64,000 nt of DNA from Tubulanus polymorphus (GCF_964204645.1 NC_134032.1:15364275-15428274), one strand, 5' to 3'; positions 1-13,188 are shown, numbered from the stretch's first letter. Made by a program: numbers and translations. Notes: generated from the sequence alone by a model not told the origin.

Positions 1-398
1 TCCCAGTCACCGGAACTAGGATAAGACTGCCGTTGACATTTTCGCCTCCCATTGAAGGAGATCAACTTCCAATAAAACCTTGACGAAGAGATCAGACAGT
101 CTCCCGAGATCAGAGATGAAATTGATCTCCGATAAATCCGACATTCGACCTGGTGGTGATGAAACAGATATTAATAGGAAGTCTGTGTCTAGACTGAATA
201 TCAAGCGGTTTGTCCAGTAACGAGCTCACAGCGTCTTGTGACATGTAACTCGACGGCAGGTATATTCGATATTTATCATCGATGATATATCGAAAAGATA
301 TTACAATTTCCGTGTGTAAGATGAAAAATACGTTAGAATTCTCACGATCAGTTTTATTTCAAATTAGGCAAAAGTTAACTGATACCGGACAAAATAGA

Positions 399-815
399 GA
401 ATCCACTTCCAGAGTTGTGAGTTAATTGATTTGACTCGGAGTTAACTCATTGAAAATTGACTGATTTCAACTCGAAGAGTTAACTCTAACTCACAACTTT
501 AGAACTGGATCCTGAGTTCAAGGTTACTCAAACTCACAACTGTGGAACTGGATTCAGAGTTCAGAGCTAATTCTAACTCACAACTGTGGAACTGGATCCT
601 GAGTTCAGAGTTAACTCAAACACACAACTGTGGAACTGGATCCAGAGTTCAACGTTACTCAAACTCACAACTGTGGAACTGGATTCAGAGTTCAGAGCTA
701 ATTCTAACTCACAACTGTGGAACTGGATCCTGAGTCCAGAGTTAACTCTAACTCACAACTGTGGAACTGGATTCAGAGTTAAGAGTTAATTCGAACTCAT
801 AACTGTGGAACTGCA
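399..815 (+). repeat. Palindromic MITE-like core (about 399-512) followed by a 42-bp minisatellite
   Basis: About 7 units of tgagttcagagttaactctaactcacaactgtggaactggatcc. The unit matches the terminal 42 nt of the imperfect palindrome that precedes it. Confidence 0.85.
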
Positions 816-1414
816 CCAAGTATTGCAATGGGGGATCAGGATACTTTGAAGAGGGTTGGACCAGGTGTCCGCCGATTCCAACCCTAAACCCGTCCCTAAT
901 GTTACATTGTATATATATCGACTTGTCGCCGTCTGTCCCAGGGACGCGACAGACGATCTGTCGTTATTTAAAGTAAATATCAAAAGAAATCGAACTGGCA
1001 GCAGAGAGAGAGAGAGTCGAAGCGACAGTAACCATAGAAACAGCTGCTGCCGCTGCTGCTGATGCTGCGACTGATGATACGGCCGTACCGTCAGCAGACG
1101 ACTGACTCGTGTAACAGTTAAGTAATATAACTATTAATCGCGCTGTTGTTGACACGGTGTGGATTCTGAAGCAAGCAGACGAGAATTTAAACGACCACAC
1201 GACGAGCGTCATCTTTTAAAACGGATAGATTTCTTTAACGACGCATCTCGCCGATTAGAGAGGTAGGTACCCGTCGTATTGTGGTGACGTCACAATGTCA
1301 ACAAATTACTCAACTCTGTACGCGTATGAATCACCGGTTTTAACCGGTCACGTGTTGTTTATCTTTTCACTGATAACGATTAAGCATTCATTGACTAAAT
1401 TCTTACACAGTATA

Positions 1415-1722
1415 GGCCAGACAGAACCAGGGTGGCTCCGACAGGGCTACGATAGGTACAGGCCGGGCAGAACCAGGGTGGCTCCGACGGGGCTACAATA
1501 GGTACAGGCCAGGCATGACCAGGGTGGCTCCGACAGGGCTACAATAGGTAGATGCCATGCAGGACCAGGGTGGCTCCGACAGGGCTACAATAGGTACAGG
1601 CCAGGAAGAAACAGGGTGGCTCCGACAGGGCTACAATAGGTACAGGCCAGGAAGAAACAGGGTGGCTCCGACAGGGCTACAATAGGTACAGGCCAGACAG
1701 AACCAGGGTGGCTCCGTCAGGG
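1415..1722 (+). repeat. 46-bp minisatellite
   Basis: The motif cagggtggctccgacagggctacaataggtacaggcc recurs every 46 bp, about 6.5 copies. Confidence 0.9.
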
Positions 1723-2439
1723 CCATTTGCCGATGATATTTTTTTCTGACGGTTAAACAAACGTCTGCTCTGATCCCGTTGATATATTTTTCACCCGTTA
1801 ATTAACCGGAGAACACTCTACAGCCATGATCGATGACAACTTGCTTCCATCGATCCTGGTTGCTTATTTGAAGTACGTGTTTTCGCTATATATCATCATG
1901 AGATGAACGAGCTGAGACTAAAACTAGCTTTTCGAGGAAACATTTCGAACTAGTGAGGGCGGAATTTAAGTTCATATTTCGACTATATCCTTCGATTAAT
2001 TAGCTCAGGGAAACATTTCTGACTTTTTTTATTCCAGTGCAGATAGCGGATTCTATTGTATCGATTGACAAAACGGACTCTGAATTTATGTCTTTATCGT
2101 TTCTGATCTAATTTATACAATTACATGGCTATATATATTTATACTCTAAGCTGTATGTATTTATATATTATACAAAACGATATTCCAGTTGAAAATATAT
2201 AAAGTTTTCTCCCGGGATCAATAAATATTGTTCGTTCGCTTCGCTGTATGAAATTTGCTATTTCGTGCCGCGCATGCGCGTGTCTGCTACTCATTTAATA
2301 TCATTATCCATATTCTCTCCTCCGCGAGCGAAGATCAACCGACATAAACCATAAACATCTCAAAACCCCGTTACAATGCTACATCAGCCGACAAGAGGCG
2401 ACTGTCTCGACCGAGTACTGTCAATAGGGTGCCGACAAC

Positions 2440-2822
2440 GCCTACTGTGGCAATCGAGGATCCGCTAGGCGCGCTTGTGTGTAGCCAGTTTTCAACGCGT
2501 TATGTAGGAAACCAAACCCTGCAGTGGCAATTTAAGGTCCACCAGGTGGCGCCAGTGTCTAGTCAGCTTTTAACGACAATTGGAGGTCCACTAGATGGCG
2601 CTAGTGTATAGTCAGTCTTCGACGGCATTGGAGGTCGTTAGGTGGTGCAAGTGTGACGACCGTGTATGATCTGACAGGATCTGACAGAGCTGCTGTGGAA
2701 ATAAAGGATCCACTAGGCGGAGCTAGTGTAAAGCCGGTTTTTCACGCGTGGAAATTGTTAGTGCCAATGTATCCATCGGCGATTCCCCTATGGCAAGCGA
2801 GGATCCGCTAGGTGTCGTTAGC
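2440..2822 (+). promoter_or_regulatory. Cluster of CTCF-like motifs, forward orientation, in a degenerate repeat
   Basis: ccgctaggcgcgc, ccaccaggtggcgcc, ccactagatggcgct, ccactaggcggagct and ccgctaggtgtcg. Several are preceded by tgtggcaatcgaggat. Confidence 0.5.
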
Positions 2823-3552
2823 AGTGTCTTAAATCCAGTTCATAGCGTAAGAAGACGTGTTAATCGCGTCACCTAGTTTGAACGAATGGATCGAGGGGGA
2901 TTGAGACTTGTACAAGTCCAACAAATTTTTTGACCACTGTTTTTCTATTTAGTAAAAGGCAATGATTGCGTTGCGGTTTGGGAGTGTGCCAATAAAATAC
3001 TTTCGTGGACATCAAAGTGCCCTTTTCAGATGTAAAAAGCTCTAAAATTTGCGTCTGGATCCCGTGTTGTGCTTGCTGGTTTATCATTGATATTCAATCC
3101 AACCTCAACATATACAATCGGAGGTTGCGGTTGCTGCTGCTGCAACCGGATGAAAAAAAAGATGCTGGCATCATGTGACATTCATAACGGTATAATGATA
3201 ACGGATTGATGGATTACTCATCCCATTACACGCGCACTGATGCCTGGAGAGTTTGATGCGGTGTCTCACGCAGCATCTCAAACGGTTACAGATGTTCTAA
3301 TGACCATAGCTCCGTTTGTCTATCATCTCACAGTCATCAAAACGTCTTTAGTCACGATCAACACGAATGATCATGCGTGTTTCATATATTCAGCGATACA
3401 CTTTATCAGTACTTCATCAGTTAGCCCAGGACGCCCAGATTATGGCTAACAGCATCTTTTAGCCGAAACCTGGTCCGAAAATATATACACACTTTTACTC
3501 AAGAATCTGTTTACCCTTGGCTGAATTATTGTGGAATTTCTCTCGCAGAGAA

Positions 3553-4017
3553 CTCAGGATCCAGTTCCACAGTTGTGAGTAAGAGTTGACTCTGAACCCA
3601 GGATCCAGTTCCACAGTTGTGAGTGAGAGTTAACTGTGAACTCAGGATCCAGTTCCACAGTTGTGAGTTAGAGTTAACTCTGAACTCAGGATCCAGTTCT
3701 ACAGTTGTGAGTTTGAGCTAACTCTGAACTCAGGATCCAGTTCTACAGTTGTGAGTTTGAGTTAACTCTGAACTCAGGATCCAGTTCTACAGTTGTGAGT
3801 TTGAGTTAGCTGTGAACCCAGGATCCAGTTCTACAGTTGTGAGTTTGAGTTAACTGTGAACTCAGGATCCAGTTCTACAGTTGTGAGTTTGAGTTAACTC
3901 AGAACTCAGGATCCAGTTCCACAGTTGTGAGTTAAATTTGACTCAGAGTTAAAACATTGAAAATGAATTGATTTTAACTCAGAGTTGACTCTAACTCATA
4001 ATTGTGGAACTGGGCCT
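3553..4017 (-). repeat. 42-bp minisatellite plus MITE-like core, inverted relative to 399-815
   Basis: About 8 units of ctcaggatccagttccacagttgtgagttagagttaactctgaa, then a palindromic core at about 3907-4017 ending tgtggaactgggcc. Confidence 0.85.
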
Positions 4018-7000
4018 GAATTTTGTTGCATATGACAATTATGCTGTATTTCAAAATCAATATTTTTACCTGGATATCGACTCCGAGGAAAAATTCATCA
4101 TTTTAGAATAAAAGTGATATTTGTACTATTCTAAAATTTCAAATAATTTCTTAAAATGGGACCTATAGTCAATTTATCAAAATTGCTCGTCGTTGTGAAA
4201 ACAATTTCAATTCTGGAAGAAGCAAATCTCAAAACGAATATAAATAGATCAGAGAATGATACAATATATATCACGATAAAGTCGGTCCGATGTAATCCTC
4301 ACTTCCCAGACACCTCTGAACCTTCAACTTTTTCAATTATTTCAATGTCGATGATGAATAATGTTGCAAGCGTTTCTTCTATCATTTACAGGGTTAGTTC
4401 TAGCGATCGACGCCAGGTGGCAGAAACAGCGTGTATTTATGGCCGAACCGGTGCCGAACAAACATGAGTGTCAATGAGAAGGTAAGGGACGTTCGCGTCG
4501 GCAACGACTCATACGCTTGATCGGCGCGCGATCGCGTCGGCAATCCCGTTGCGGACGCGAGAGTACCGATTTATACGCTTGATCGGTACAACGACGTCGG
4601 CAACGTCGCGTATTAACCGCATTGCGGACGCGATCGTACCTATAATGGCCTATAATGAAGTACTGGCTTGAAATTAATTTAAAAAAAAAGGTTTTTGATG
4701 ATGTTTTGATGATGTTGAAACACAAGACGAATAATCAGCCCCTGTACGACCCTCATAGTAAACACACCGCACGGTTCGGCGAAATATTGTGACTGGTTTT
4801 TTTTTCTGGAGGGGCAGTTACCAAAATATCGCGACTGGTTGTAAGCGTGGGACGTTGTAGTTGGCGTATTGAGACACAAATATTGAGAGATTGGGAGACT
4901 GAGAGAGTGGGTGGTGGTTAAGAGATTGGGAGATTGAGAGAATGGGTGGTGGGTAAATTCGGTAAAAACATAGGCTATTCACACCAGACTATTAGTACAC
5001 GACAGTTATTCTGTGGCATTGTTAAATCCATCTGCTTCGTTAAGGTCCAAGTATCATCATATATACTCCACAATCGATATCTATATGTAATATTAACGTT
5101 ATTATTAGTGCCAGTACCTTCTAAAATAATCTATATACGACGTTACGTCATAGCCACGACGGCAACTTCCAGAGCGTCGCTAGAGCAGTATATCCTGGAG
5201 CAGACGATATGTCATATTCTAGTGATAACCTTTTATATATAGCGCGTAACAACGACAACGGTAACTAACCTCTACATGAGAATTATCGATAGTTTCGAGT
5301 ATCTCTCGTAGCTTGCAAAAACGTCGTATCGTTTTCTGGTTTCTTATTTAAAAACACATGCTCCAGTAAACGACACGACATTGATTGGACGGACTCCGCG
5401 ATGAGGTAGGTTTATGGGGTCTAATGTTTCTAAGGTTAAGAATGCTATAATGAGAATTAGGTTGTCATATGATTTCGGTTAGAATGAAGTGGGCAGGAGT
5501 TGTTACCGGTGGTTACCAATTCCGCGGGTGGAATTTTACCCGGAAGGTTTTCAAAAAGAGCTCTTGTATTTATATTTCTGTTTGCAAGATAAAATTCTGT
5601 ATATAATTAGGTTTGTCGTGTCTTTTTGTAGGGTAGATTTGCTCCGGGGTAGATTTACGCGTAGCACTGTCTATTGTAATATCCTCGAGAGAGAGAACAT
5701 TATTATGTTATATTTCTACATGTGAACGGTACAAATTGAAAACAATTCAGGCAGAAGACAATGTTCGCTGCTCTGCTCTGTCCTCCCGGGCACAGCAGGT
5801 GTTCATCGCAATAACATAGATGTAGCTATAATATGACGGTTAGATTATCCATTTTGAATTCTTGTTACTAATTTGACGCTTAGATTGTTCAGTTTGAATT
5901 CGTGTTGCTAATGACGGAGTCAAAACGAAGATCATGGACTCTCAGAACTACAAGCAGTCAAAAAGAGTTAGACGCCATATAGCGGCCATCTTGGATTCTT
6001 TATGCAAATTAGGACCAAAAGAGGGCGACACCGGCGTGTGATGTCCACATCTTAAATGAATGATGTGGACGGTAACTATTTGCGTACAAAAGGGGATGTC
6101 TGAACTCAATCTCGCAGCTTTTGGCCATTTTTCAAACTAGGCAAGCCAACTAATATAACGCATTAGATTGCGGACCACCTTCTCCTCTCTGCCCTTGAGG
6201 TAAAATCGATAAGAAATACTCGATACCACCGCGCGGTTAAGCCGCACAGACGATAGGTTTTCCAATTTCGAAAAGCAGGTGGTATTATTTTCTCTAGTCG
6301 CCGAAGATGAGACAAAAATTGCTGCCGATCGCCCACACACGATCGCGGGCGGTGACGATCTACCTCGGCAGACGATCTAACTGCCGAGTTGGGTAATCAA
6401 TACTCGTACCCCCTGCAGGCGGGGCACTATTTATATAATCGTTTATTTTTCTGAAAACTAAGCATCCTTTAACGGATACTGTATACATATAATATATAAA
6501 CAAAAAATTAATGATATATCAACAAGTAATATTTAAAAAAAAATTAATGATATATCAACAAGTAATATTTTTTTAACAAATAATATATTAACAAATAAAA
6601 CCTTCTGTTTCGGCACCGCGGGATTCAGGCGATCTTCAAAGCCGTCTCGCTTTCTGTCTTGGATGGTCAATATTGTATATAAAGCGATTCGGGTTAAAGC
6701 GATTCGTGTCCTCGGCGCAGACGGCTGAGACTCGGCGAGGCGGCGATTCTTTATTCGTTTGTTATTATTCCAGTTCGTCTGCTCTGTCTCATGTCGTATA
6801 TCGTGTGTCGCTAAATATTCTTGACATCTACTTGTCTTATTGGTCACTTTCATTAGCGACCACTTCTGGTTTATGTTCGAGAACAGACTGTAAATTTGCT
6901 CAGACTAGAAGTCGAGTAAATAGAGAAGCAATCTCCACTGCGACAACTAGCCAATATCGGTTAGATTGACCAGTTTGCTGTTACTAATATGAAAGTTATA

Positions 7001-7227
7001 TTGTCTGAATTCCTGTTGCTAGCAGGACGGTTAGATTGTCCAGTTTGAATTCATGTTACTAATAGGGCTTTTAATGTCTATTTCAACATGACTTGAGAGC
7101 ACATCAGGCGGCCAACTGCTCAGACAGTTTTGGTGATACATACCTGTTAGAAGTCTTGAAGTTAACCTAAAACATAGATCTTTAATCCTTCTTCACTTTA
7201 TTGAAGGATATCCAAAAGTGTCTGCAT

Positions 7228-7380
7228 TGAAAGGGGCTCACGAGAGAAAAGAGACTCCATGATTTGAAAGTTTAACAATATGTCTCCATGCCTACCAACT
7301 GAAGTTTGGTGCGTAGGCATGGAAACATATTGTCAAACTTTCAAATCATGGAGTCAATTTTCTCTTTTTGACACCTTTCA
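7228..7380. repeat. Long inverted repeat / hairpin element
   Basis: gactccatgatttgaaagtttaacaatatgtctccatgcctac pairs with gtaggcatggaaacatattgtcaaactttcaaatcatggagtc. The outer arms tgaaagg...cctttca also pair. Confidence 0.8.
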
Positions 7381-7419
7381 GTGAAGGTATGCTTTCAAGT
7401 AAGGTTGAAATAGACATAA

Positions 7420-7567
7420 GATTGTCCAGTTTGAATTCCTGTCACCAATAGGACAGTTAGATTGTCCAGTTTGAATTCCTGTCACCAATAGGACAGTTAG
7501 ATTGTCCAGAGTTTGAGTTACTGTCACTAATAGAACGTCTGGTTTACGTCCAGTGTTTGAATTCCTG
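7420..7567 (+). repeat. About 42-bp tandem repeat, with related copies at 5835-5912 and 6958-7062
   Basis: Recurrent gttagattgtccagtttgaattcctgtcaccaataggaca. Confidence 0.75.
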
Positions 7568-7574
7568 AAGATCG

Positions 7575-7703
7575 GGGGCCGGTTGCTCAAAAGTTGGTTA
7601 GATATAACCAGTGGATAGTTGATATGGTGACAATTGAAATTTCATTGTCACTATGGTATTTAACGGCCGGTTTTCTTTAACCAACTTTTGAGAAACTGGC
7701 CCC
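7575..7703. mobile_element. MITE family A (about 130-bp palindrome)
   Basis: Terminal inverted repeats ggggccggttgctcaaaagttggtta / taaccaacttttgagaaactggcccc. Many copies occur in the window. Confidence 0.75.
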
Positions 7704-8384
7704 GGGTTTTCCCGTTTTTGATGTTGAACTTACATATATTTATCTACTGGTAACTTAACTCCAGAAACAGCGATGACGGCTGCCGCACTGGATCAAAGCA
7801 TAACGCGGTATGTGTACGGCCGTTAACTGTCGCTCAAATTCAAACAATTTCATAATCAACTGACAGCTTTGTGAAATAATTCACTATGGTAACATCTGCG
7901 CTATTCAGAAAGACTGTCGTTATCTATTGAATAATGTATGAAAAGCCATCAGAGAAAGTCTGTGAAATTCTTGCAAAAATTTGCCCGTAAAAAGGTTCAA
8001 CGAATATACATATAACGCACGGCCTTAGTCGTCAACTAATTCTACCTATATTACGCGTTAATTGGTTAATTAAGTATAATACAACCTACAGGTCCTAATT
8101 ACCTGCGTATCGACGATTTCGAGCTTGTCCTGAATTATCTATGGAAAAATTTGGAGGACATTTTTGCCCAGGGTTGGTGTTTGACATTCTAAAGGAGACG
8201 CTTACAAACCTGGGGTAATTGTCATAGTACATATTATATAAAATGTCAATGGTTTTCGAAATTACTATGATGACCTGCAACTGACATGCTCCGCGGGTGC
8301 ACTAAACTTGGTAATAAAAATTAACTGAATCAAATTTTTATTTTTCATCCGATATCGATATGAATATTGTTGCTAGGCCTATAT

Positions 8385-9128
8385 ATCCCTCTCCCTGCCT
8401 CCCCTCACTCCTCTCTCTCCCTCTCCTAAACTTTCTCTCCCTCTCCCTTCTTCTTACCTTCTCTCCCTCCCTCCCTCCCTCCCTCTCCCTCTCTCCTCTC
8501 TCCCTCCCTCCCTCTCTCCCTCCCTCCCTCTGTCCCTCCCTCTCCCTCTCTCCCTCTCTCCCTCCCTCCCTCTCTCCCTCTGTCCCTCCACTCTCTCCCT
8601 CCCTCCCTCCCTCTCCCTCTCTCTCCCTCTCTCCTCTCTCCCTCTCTCCCTCCCTCCCTCTCTCCCTCTCTCCCTCTCTCCCTCCCTCCCTCTCTCCCTC
8701 TGTCCCTCCACTCTCTCCCTCCCTCCCTCCCTCCCTCCCTCTGTCCCTCTCTCCCTCCCTCCCTCCCTCTCTCCCTCTGTCCCTCTCTCCCTCCCTCCCT
8801 CTGTCCCTCCCTCTCCCTCTCTCCCTCTCTCCCTCCCTCCCTCTCTCCCTCTGTCCCTCCACTCTCTCTCTCCCTCCCTCCCTCCCTCCCTCTCCCTCTC
8901 TCCCTCTCTCCCTCTCTCCCTCTCTCCCTCTGTCCCTCCACTCTCTCCCTCCCTCCCTCTGTCCCTCTCACAATATTTACAAAGTTTCATCCTCTTCTTC
9001 CCTCTCTGCACCCTTCTCTCCTCTCCCTCCCTCCCACTGTTCCCTCCCCTCTCCCCTCCCTCCCCACTCTCTCCCCTCCCACACTTCCCTCCCCCTCCTC
9101 CCCTCCCTCCCACGCTTCTCTCCCCTCT
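8385..9128. repeat. Polypyrimidine/polypurine compound microsatellite (CCCT/CT)
   Basis: About 740 bp made almost entirely of C and T. The overlapping ORFs are low-complexity artefacts. Confidence 0.95.
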
Positions 9129-9633
9129 CACAGATTCCATCAACATTTTCTTTTTTGTCTGTTTGAAAAGTAATTACGCGTCTTTTTCTTATGCGGCGGG
9201 GATAAAACGGAAATTCGCCGCTGAAACGGCGATGGATTTTCAGGAGACAATTCATCCTAAAACAGACTGAAATCCCTCGCATCTTTACAGCAGCTGCGAA
9301 TTCCCTCTAATTCGACCGGCAATCTATTCCAGAGCAGAACGGATTTGTTTAATCGTTTTCAAATCTAGCATCTATTGAAGTGCAGGCTTTAGAAACTGGA
9401 ACTTCAAAAAATCGAATGAAGTAGGAATAAAAATTGTTTTCAAAAATTCTGACAGCGTTTAGATTGGGTATTGCTTATTTACAAAAGTATTCATGATCCG
9501 TGGACAATTTGGGCTGCCGTGCACTGGCCCTGATTAACATAACCTCAAAATAAATCGGATTGCCCGCTTCACATTTTACTGTTGATTGTTGATATTTTCA
9601 AAAACGAAAAATATCCACCGCCGTGGGCTGAAT

Positions 9634-9707
9634 TGCCCCGTGTGAGGCTCGAACTCACGACCTTCAGATTATGAGACTGACGCGCTAACCAACTGCGCCA
9701 ACGAGGC
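9634..9707 (-). tRNA. tRNA-Met (CAT), elongator type
   Basis: Reverse complement GCCTCGTTGGCGCAGTTGGTTAGCGCGTCAGTCTCATAATCTGAAGGTCGTGAGTTCGAGCCTCACACGGGGCA gives an intact cloverleaf with a G1-C72 pair and a TTC T-loop. A T-run terminator lies downstream (about 9600-9611). Confidence 0.96.
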
Positions 9708-11216
9708 GGCTGATCGATTGCTAGGCCCTGTCGTTGTGACCGCTATGCGGGACAACAATGCACGCGGACTGTCGCGACGGCGTGCGACAGGAAATGATTG
9801 ACCTCACAAGAACAGGTCAGACATTAACTGAACGCTTTAAACCGGCGACGCTTAGGAGTGAAAGTTTGCCCATGGTCAAGACGTCGGCAAACCTATAGAA
9901 AACGGCAAAACCCGAAAATATTCTTGTTGCTATGATACGATATTGTTGAACAAAAATCCAACTATCCCTCTTCTGAACAATATATCGTATCATAGCAACA
10001 AGGTCCAAATCAGTAATATTATATTGGACTGAATATTTGTTCATTAAAAACGAACTTCCGTCTATCAGAATGACTCAGCAGTTCGCAGTTACTATCATTA
10101 TTAGAGTGATTACGATTTGGGGGTCGGTTGAGTTATTATTATCAGAATGATTACGGTAATCCTCGATTCTCTCTTTGTACAACGTTGTATTTGTGCATCG
10201 GTATTTTTCCAAGGGAGAGAAGAGAGAGAAGGGCGATGACTCAGGGGAAAATATAAGTTTGATCCGTCTGCTGTTCGGGTCCCCGGATTCGTCCTCGGGT
10301 GTCGTCTGCTCGCGATCTGGTGACTCATTCTCCGGCGTAAAGTTACAGTCATCGCGCGCTCTCGCATTAATTGTATCCGCATCACTGGCGGATTAATCGC
10401 AACTGACATTTTACCGCCGGATTGATCGTCATCCGACTTGGCGCTAATTTCTGTAGAAAAACTAAATTACTTTCGGTCATCGTTTATTGTGTTACCCGTC
10501 GGGGGTTCTAGTAAACTAGGGAACCGGGAAATCTGAAACTGAATGAACGGCGCGCGGGTTGGCGGCAAAACTGACATACGCCTGAAATTGGATTTTAAAA
10601 ATTATGATTATATGATATTTCGTTCTATTATAGATTTTGGGTTCGAATCCCAGAATTCACACTTCAGAATCGATACATTTTAGAACGGATACATGTCCGT
10701 GACGGCATATAATACCCGTTGCAGTTGACGTCCTATAGCTTGAGAATGACCGGCATATTCTTGCGTATGAACAAAATGGCGCAATCAGACAAAGGTATCG
10801 CGTAGAAGCGACCAAACGTAAAAATCACAAGATATAACTTTTGGACTTTTCTCGCTCCCGTCCAGATAGAAGTTGTCGAACAAATCTGAAATCTGAGTTG
10901 AGACCAGTCTAACACCGACTTACTGTAGTTATAGGTAATCTAACAGCTTAGTGACTACAGTCTCAATTTGGAGTCAACTTTTGGAATCATGCCTGCCCAT
11001 GGGGCCGGTTCCATGGTTTTTAGGCGAGTCTACGATCGTTCTTAGTGTATAGCATAATCTCGAACAAAACGCCCACTCTTCGCTGAAAGACCACTTTTGT
11101 TAATGGTCACGATTGCGCTTATACTGGCCGTTGGGTATCAAAGTTACCCTACAGGGATAAACCCGATTATCATCTTGCTACAGAATCGATGAAACTTGGT
11201 CCAGATCCGTTTTGAG

Positions 11217-11219
<3 letters not shown>

Positions 11220-11292
<73 letters not shown>
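11220..11292. repeat. (CAG)n microsatellite, about 24 units
   Basis: Pure gca/cag run. Confidence 0.95.
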
Positions 11293-11293
<1 letters not shown>

Positions 11294-11794
11294 AACCCAT
11301 ATAGACTTACAAATGAATTTTTCATAGCTTGCACGAAATTGAATTAAGACACAAAATTAGCAATTCATAAGATGCACAATAACGGCTGGAACAAAATAGT
11401 AACGGGTGATGACGTCATTGTGCGTACAGCAGACGTTTGTTCAATGATTCACAATCATTTTACGGTTTGACACATACACAGTTACGTGCACGCGCCGTCA
11501 TCGTAACGATCACAAAATATATTCAATTTTAATCAATATTTTATGAAGTAGATTTTTTGATTAGGTTTAGAAGATCTATTCCTCGGTTTTATCACTGAAG
11601 TTTGTTTCGAGATATTTTTACCGGATTACGCAGATAACACTTCATTCAGAATCAGTTTGTTACACCACGTGATAGATATAAACACGTGTTCACATTCCCA
11701 TCATCATCACATCGCTCCTCCTCACTCCCTCTCCCTCTCTGGGCACCTCTTCATCTCCCTATCTCTACTTCTCTCCCTGTCCTCGTTTTCACTC

Positions 11795-11851
<57 letters not shown>

Positions 11852-12030
11852 AGTCCCTCTCTCTCTGTCCCTGTCCCTGTCCCTCTCTCTCTCTCTGTCC
11901 CTGTCCCTATCCCTGTCCCTGTCCCTGTCCCTCTCTCTCTCTCTGTCCCTGTCCCTATCCCTCTCTCTCTCTGTCCCTGTCCCTGTCCCTCTCTCTCTCT
12001 CTGTCCCTGTCCCTGTCCCTGTCCCTGTCC
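11795..12030. repeat. (CCCTGT)n / (CT)n compound microsatellite
   Basis: Direct inspection. Confidence 0.95.
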
Positions 12031-12659
12031 ATCACTGCTGCAACTTGTGGTGGGGGATGCTGCTGCTGCCGCTAATGCCGTGGTGGTGGTGGTGGTTGTT
12101 GTGAACTGATACACGACGACAATTACACATTCTTCAGACGACATACAACATGCAAACATCAATAAGATGCATTTATCTTCATCATCTTAGTTATCCTGAA
12201 GTGATGCTGAATACCGCTCTACGCATCCCGACTGACTCATATACTCGAGCGGTTATTGGCTGTTGCTCGTAGTGACGTAACATGTTCCGCTGCCGCCGAG
12301 CGCGTTTCGCTGCTGGTATTACCACTTGTTTCTCGCGTTTAGCAGTAACAGTTGGTTGGGTTGGATTTTACGGTTTACCTCTGGATGCGTGCTGTGTTGT
12401 GTATACGGATACTAATACAGACTCGTCGATATCTCTCTATCTCAGTATAAGGTAAGCCTAGTGAATCTCAGAGACACAGACGGCAGTTTATCGGCTAGAT
12501 TTATCATTGAACGAGTTTAAAGTATTGCTTCATCCGATGGAATTTAGTTCCACGATTCTATAAAAAAAATTTCGTAACCGAATTTTGCAATTCGTGATTA
12601 CTTCTCGTTTCAACACCAACGGGTCCAAATGGTTGTAGAACCAAAACAAACCATGACTT

Positions 12660-13188
12660 TTCTTATAAGTTGTTAGATTGGTTATAGATCCAAATTGAAC
12701 TTAGACTGGTCTTAAGTTGTTAGATTGGTTATAGAACTAAAATGAGTTTAGACTAGTCTTAAGTTGTCAAATTGGTTATAGAACCAAAATGGGTTTAGAC
12801 TGGTCTTAAGTTGTTAGATTGGTTATAGAACTAAAATGAGCTTAGACTGGTCTTAAGTTGTTAGATTGGTTATAGAACTAAAATGAGCTTAGACTGGTCT
12901 TAAGTTGATAGATTGGTTATAGAACCAAATGAGCTTAGACTGGTCTTAAGTTTTTAGATCGGTTATAGAACTAAAATGAGCTTAGACTGGTCTTAAGTTG
13001 ATAGATTGGTTATAGAACCAAATGAGCTTAGACTGGTCTTAAGTTTTTAGATTGGTTATAGAACTAAAATGAGTTTAGACTGGTCTCAAGTTGTTAAATT
13101 GGTTATAGAACCAAAATCGGTTTAGACTGGTCTTAAGTTGTTAGATTGTTTATAGAACAGAAATGAGCTTTAGACTGATCTTAAGTTA
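12660..13188 (+). repeat. 47-bp minisatellite, about 11 units
   Basis: Unit ttagactggtcttaagttgttagattggttatagaactaaaatgagc. Confidence 0.92.

Noticed and set aside
1-260. Coding-looking sequence and a 62-aa ORF at the window start
   Set aside because: All frames I translated hit stops, there is no recognisable domain, and no consistent exon could be built.
542-789. Regularly spaced repeats resembling a CRISPR array, and repeat-derived ORFs
   Set aside because: The units are contiguous with no unique spacers, there are no cas genes, and the context is eukaryotic. The same holds for the other minisatellites.
8338-9282. Long ORFs rich in ER/GR/SL/P (also 11.7, 13.2, 29.2 and 36.5 kb)
   Set aside because: They are translations of microsatellites that lack stop codons.
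11140-11162. aagttaccctacagggataa and ttacccctagggataac (56.1 kb) resemble an LSU rRNA motif and half an I-SceI site
   Set aside because: The match is under 20 nt, the flanks are not rRNA-like, and the motif belongs to a palindromic repeat.
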